From the NCBI GenBank assembly GCA_963422735.1, contig OY730476.1:576001-640000 (forward strand): a DNA stretch of 64,000 bases, given 5' to 3'. The translations under genes were made by a program, and so were the position numbers. The stretch comes from Candidatus Latescibacterota bacterium (GTDB lineage: Bacteria > Latescibacterota > UBA2968 > UBA8231). A model generated the notes under the pieces. The model did no database searches and was not told the origin of the DNA. It worked only from the letters and a program-made list of their open reading frames with translations. Positions 60,948 to 64,000 of this stretch are shown in pieces (position 1 is the stretch's first letter; each line of letters starts with the position of its first letter).

Positions 60948-61271
60948 ATGGAAAAAGTTTACAAGGTCGAGACCACGCTTTCCCACAGCTTGGCCGAACT
61001 CTATGCCGGACTCGAAGAGGAGTTCGCCAACAAAAGCAGCATCCCCCTCTCGGACATGAACCGCACGTTGTTGCAAACGGGCTTGATCCATCACCTGACG
61101 ATGATGAGCGGATTGGGGCTGATCGAGCCTGAGAAGGCCGCGAGGCTGCACGCGTTGATCGACCAAGTAGCGAAGGATACCATACTCTGGGACATCTTGC
61201 AGATGGTGCGGACCTACTGGCGAGATTGCGGCCCTGGTGGTCCGGGCGGTTCCGATAGTCTCAAAGCCTGA
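60948..61271 (+). CDS. hypothetical 107-aa protein
   Basis: GAGG RBS, own promoter, coding-like composition. Confidence 0.75.
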   Translation: MEKVYKVETTLSHSLAELYAGLEEEFANKSSIPLSDMNRTLLQTGLIHHLTMMSGLGLIEPEKAARLHALIDQVAKDTILWDILQMVRTYWRDCGPGGPGGSDSLKA

Positions 61272-61321
61272 TGTGGTGGTTATAACTCGTTGTATAGATT
61301 GTAGTTCAGGGGGATGTGCGG

Positions 61322-61350
61322 TTGACAACTCCCGTGGTCACAAGTATTAT
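61322..61350 (+). promoter_or_regulatory. near-consensus sigma70 promoter
   Basis: TTGACA-17-TATTAT. Confidence 0.75.
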
Positions 61351-61395
61351 ACAACCCATTTCTCGGACCTCTTTACTAGCTGTTGAAGCGAGCAG

Positions 61396-61773
61396 ATGAC
61401 CTCCTTTAGCGCAGCGGTTTTCGACCACTACCGGCATCCCCGCAACGCTGGGCAAATCGGTGACGCCAATGCCTCGGGGCAAGCTGAAAATCAGGCCTGC
61501 GGCGATGCGATGCAGCTTTTTGCCCGCGTCGAAAACGGCCGCATCGTCCGCGTTAGCTGTAAGACTTTTGGATGCGCTCCTTCGGTCGCGGCTGGCTCAG
61601 TGCTCACTGAGTTGCTGGCAGACTTGCTGCTGGCGGACGCAGTTCAGCTAGAGCCGGCCGCTATTGAGGAGGCGCTAGGGGGGCTGCCGCCAATGAAGCG
61701 CCACGCCGCCCAACTAGCTGCTGACGCGACTCGGGCCCTAGTGAAAAACTACCAGGCCAATACGGCCTCCTAA
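61396..61773 (+). CDS. IscU/NifU-N-type scaffold-like protein
   Basis: [27 protein letters not shown]. Confidence 0.88.
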   Translation: MTSFSAAVFDHYRHPRNAGQIGDANASGQAENQACGDAMQLFARVENGRIVRVSCKTFGCAPSVAAGSVLTELLADLLLADAVQLEPAAIEEALGGLPPMKRHAAQLAADATRALVKNYQANTAS

Positions 61774-61819
61774 CGCATTCTCGCCTTGCGTTTTAACCTC
61801 AAGCCGAAAGGATTGCACC

Positions 61820-62440
61820 ATGGCTCACTCTCTTCCCGATCTCCCTTATGCCTATGACGCGCTAGAACCCGTCATAGATGCCCGCACCATGGAGATTCAC
61901 CACACCAAGCACCACAACACCTATGTGACCAGCCTCAACACCGCTCTCGGGGGACATGACGACTTGGCCGCTAAAAGCGTCGAAGACCTCATCAGCGATC
62001 TCGATGCCGTCCCCGAGAGCATCCGCACAGCGGTGCGCAACCACGGCGGCGGTCATGCCAACCACAGCCTATTTTGGCAGATCATGGCTCCAGCAGAGGA
62101 GCGCGGCGAGCCTTCGGCCGAATTGAAGGCTGCGGTAGAAACCGCATTCGGTAGCACCGACAAAGCCCACGAAGCCTTCGTGCAAGCCGCAACCACCCGG
62201 TTCGGTAGCGGCTGGGCTTGGCTTGTAGTTAAGGATGGCAAGCTCGACATCCTCAGCACCGCCAATCAAGATAATCCCCTAATGACCGGCGACGGAGTTC
62301 CCATCCTCGGCATCGATGTCTGGGAACACGCCTATTATCTCAACTACCAAAATCGCCGGCCCGACTATATCGCAGCGTGGACCGACATCGTCAACTGGAA
62401 CGAAGTCAGTCGCCGCTTTGCCGAGGTGATAGGGAGCTAG
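61820..62440 (+). CDS. sodA: superoxide dismutase, Mn-type signature
   Basis: [33 protein letters not shown]. Confidence 0.93.
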   Translation: MAHSLPDLPYAYDALEPVIDARTMEIHHTKHHNTYVTSLNTALGGHDDLAAKSVEDLISDLDAVPESIRTAVRNHGGGHANHSLFWQIMAPAEERGEPSAELKAAVETAFGSTDKAHEAFVQAATTRFGSGWAWLVVKDGKLDILSTANQDNPLMTGDGVPILGIDVWEHAYYLNYQNRRPDYIAAWTDIVNWNEVSRRFAEVIGS

Positions 62441-62443
62441 CAG

Positions 62444-62911
62444 ATGGCGATCCAAGTAGGGGACAAAGCACCCGCGTTCACCCTTAAGAATGCGGATATG
62501 GAAGACGTAAGCCTCGGGGATTTTGCCAGTAAAAATGTCGTCCTACTCTTCGTACCGCTGGCCTTCACCAGTGTCTGTACGCAGGAGTTGTGCGAGATTT
62601 CCGCCGGAATTAACGCGTACCAGGGCCTCAATGCCCAGGTTTTGGGAATCAGCGTCGATAGTCCTTTTAGCCTCAACGCTTGGGCCGAAAAGGAAGGTAT
62701 TGAGATTCCGCTACTCAGTGATTTCAACAAGGAGGTGTCCGCTGCGTACGGTGCCCAGCACGAAGATCTGTTGGGCTTCAAAGGCGTCGCCAAGCGCTCG
62801 GCCTTCATAGTTGATGGGCAAGGCAGCGTCCGCTATGCTTGGGTGTCCGACAATCCCAAGGTCCTGCCGAATTTTGCTGCGATTAGGGCTTGTTTGCAGT
62901 CGCTCAACTGA
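62444..62911 (+). CDS. peroxiredoxin (AhpC/TSA, AhpE-like)
   Basis: PLAFTSVCTQELC, GISVDS, LLSDFN, RSAF. Confidence 0.9.
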   Translation: MAIQVGDKAPAFTLKNADMEDVSLGDFASKNVVLLFVPLAFTSVCTQELCEISAGINAYQGLNAQVLGISVDSPFSLNAWAEKEGIEIPLLSDFNKEVSAAYGAQHEDLLGFKGVAKRSAFIVDGQGSVRYAWVSDNPKVLPNFAAIRACLQSLN

Positions 62912-62933
62912 AGATCTTCGTTTTCGCAATAAT

Positions 62934-62964
62934 GTGGGGCAAGGCGCAGAGGGCTTTGCCCCAC
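62934..62964 (+). terminator. hairpin after the peroxiredoxin gene
   Basis: GTGGGGCAAGG...CTTTGCCCCAC followed by TGTTT. Confidence 0.5.
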
Positions 62965-62995
62965 TGTTTATGCTGCTCGCAAAGGAAATCACGCA

Positions 62996-63622
62996 ATGGA
63001 AGATGCGACGACAGGGCCGCTTAACGAGCGAGAGGCTCCGATCTGGCTCCAAGGCCAGAACAAGGCCAAGGCTGCCGAAATAGCCGGTCACTTCGCTCAG
63101 ATAATGCAGGTTTTGGGGCTCGACTTGAGCGATCCGCACTTGCGGGGCACCCCAGACCGCGTCGGGCGAATGTACATGGAGATTTTTCGAGAGTTGGACG
63201 ACCAAGGCGAACCGGAGATCACCTGCTTTCCCAATAGCGATGGCTACGACAACATGGTGATCGTCAAGGACATCGAGTTCTTTTCAGTTTGTTCCCACCA
63301 CATGATTCCGTTCTTCGGCAAGGCGCACATAGCCTACATACCTAGAGACGCGATCGTCGGCTTGAGCAAAATCGTGCGCGTCGTCGAATTCTACGCCCGC
63401 CGGCCCCAGCTTCAAGAACGTCTCACCAGGCAAATTGTGGACTTTCTCGAAGCCAAGCTGGCCCCCAAAGGATCCATCGTCGTAATGGAGGCCCGGCATT
63501 TGTGCATGGAGATGCGGGGGGTGGAAAGGCCCGGGGCGGTGACGACCACTTCGGCGCTCCGGGGCCATTTTGCCGAGCCGATAGTGCGCGAGGAATTTTT
63601 CAATTTAATCAAGAGAAATTGA
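62996..63622 (+). CDS. folE: GTP cyclohydrolase I
   Basis: TPDRV, CSHH, GLSK, RRPQLQERLT, HLCMEMRG. Confidence 0.95.
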   Translation: MEDATTGPLNEREAPIWLQGQNKAKAAEIAGHFAQIMQVLGLDLSDPHLRGTPDRVGRMYMEIFRELDDQGEPEITCFPNSDGYDNMVIVKDIEFFSVCSHHMIPFFGKAHIAYIPRDAIVGLSKIVRVVEFYARRPQLQERLTRQIVDFLEAKLAPKGSIVVMEARHLCMEMRGVERPGAVTTTSALRGHFAEPIVREEFFNLIKRN

Positions 63623-63641
63623 AGCAGAACGGGACAACCCC

Positions 63642-64000
63642 ATGTCTGAGATTCGAGAGCAGGTACTGACGCCGACTACCAGCGCGGTACTCGATATATC
63701 CCACCGGGACTTGCGCGACGACGAGTATTGGCGCGCCATTCCCGCCTATGCCGATTTGCGTGCCGATGAGTTCCACGAGCACCGCTTTCAGAGCCGCAAT
63801 AGCGTGACGAGCCTGAAGAAGCTGCGGGAGGTACTCGGTGGCCTCGTTTCAGAGGCGTTCTATCGAGATGTCGAGCAGGGGCTTTTGCGCTCGCCGATGA
63901 GCCTGCGGATTTCCCCGTACCTGCTGAGCTTGATCGACTGGTCGGAGCCAGCCGCAGATCCCCTGCGCATTCAGTTTCTGCCTATGGGGTCGCGAATGCG
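63642..64000 (+). CDS. KamA-family radical SAM aminomutase, 5' part (partial)
   Basis: MSEIREQ...YWRAIPAY...FQSRNSV...PMSLRISPYLLSLIDW...DPLRIQFLP; runs off the window. Confidence 0.8.
   Translation, partial: MSEIREQVLTPTTSAVLDISHRDLRDDEYWRAIPAYADLRADEFHEHRFQSRNSVTSLKKLREVLGGLVSEAFYRDVEQGLLRSPMSLRISPYLLSLIDWSEPAADPLRIQFLPMGSRM

Noticed and set aside
61279-61297. Fur/PerR-like box upstream of the IscU-like/sodA genes
   Set aside because: TTATAACTCGTTGTAT is only an imperfect palindrome with non-canonical spacing; too weak without comparative data.

Overview
GC-rich bacterial chromosomal window with no mobile element, CRISPR array or rRNA visible. The repertoire (FlgD-Ig/T9SS-like C-terminal domains, several CRTAC1/ASPIC-UnbV lipoproteins, Wzi, miaB-mtaB tandem) suggests an FCB-group organism such as Ca. 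Latescibacterota; this taxonomy is inference only. (1) 1-19.7 kb: a co-oriented envelope locus with a putative Ca-binding outer-membrane beta-barrel, two TPR lipoproteins, two CRTAC1 proteins, a double-parvulin PPIase and a His-motif membrane-TPR protein. It also holds four secreted proteins ending in ...AY*; the three complete ones carry a PNGDGxND (T9SS type-B-like) C-terminal domain. (2) 19.7-26.9 kb, minus strand: a third CRTAC1 protein and a tandem pair of sugar-dehydrogenase-like propellers with type-A-like CTDs, one carrying an extra diheme module. (3) 27-56 kb: mostly housekeeping and metabolic genes (miaB, mtaB, pcrA/uvrD, mltG, ABC-2, DUF420, tRNA-Thr, orphan ftsA, ssb, eno, Wzi, GT2-rSAM-GT2, nth, M20 amidohydrolase, class IV aminotransferase, ALDH, SSS transporter). 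(4) 56.2-60.9 kb: a sigma54-dependent pspA locus whose PspF-like activator has a receiver domain, lacks the PspA-contact Trp and is paired with a soluble TPR histidine kinase. (5) 61-64 kb: IscU-like, sodA, peroxiredoxin, folE and a partial KamA-family gene. The best candidates for undescribed systems are the CTD-cargo/beta-barrel locus and the two-component-wired Psp module. All homology calls are from motif recognition, without database searches.
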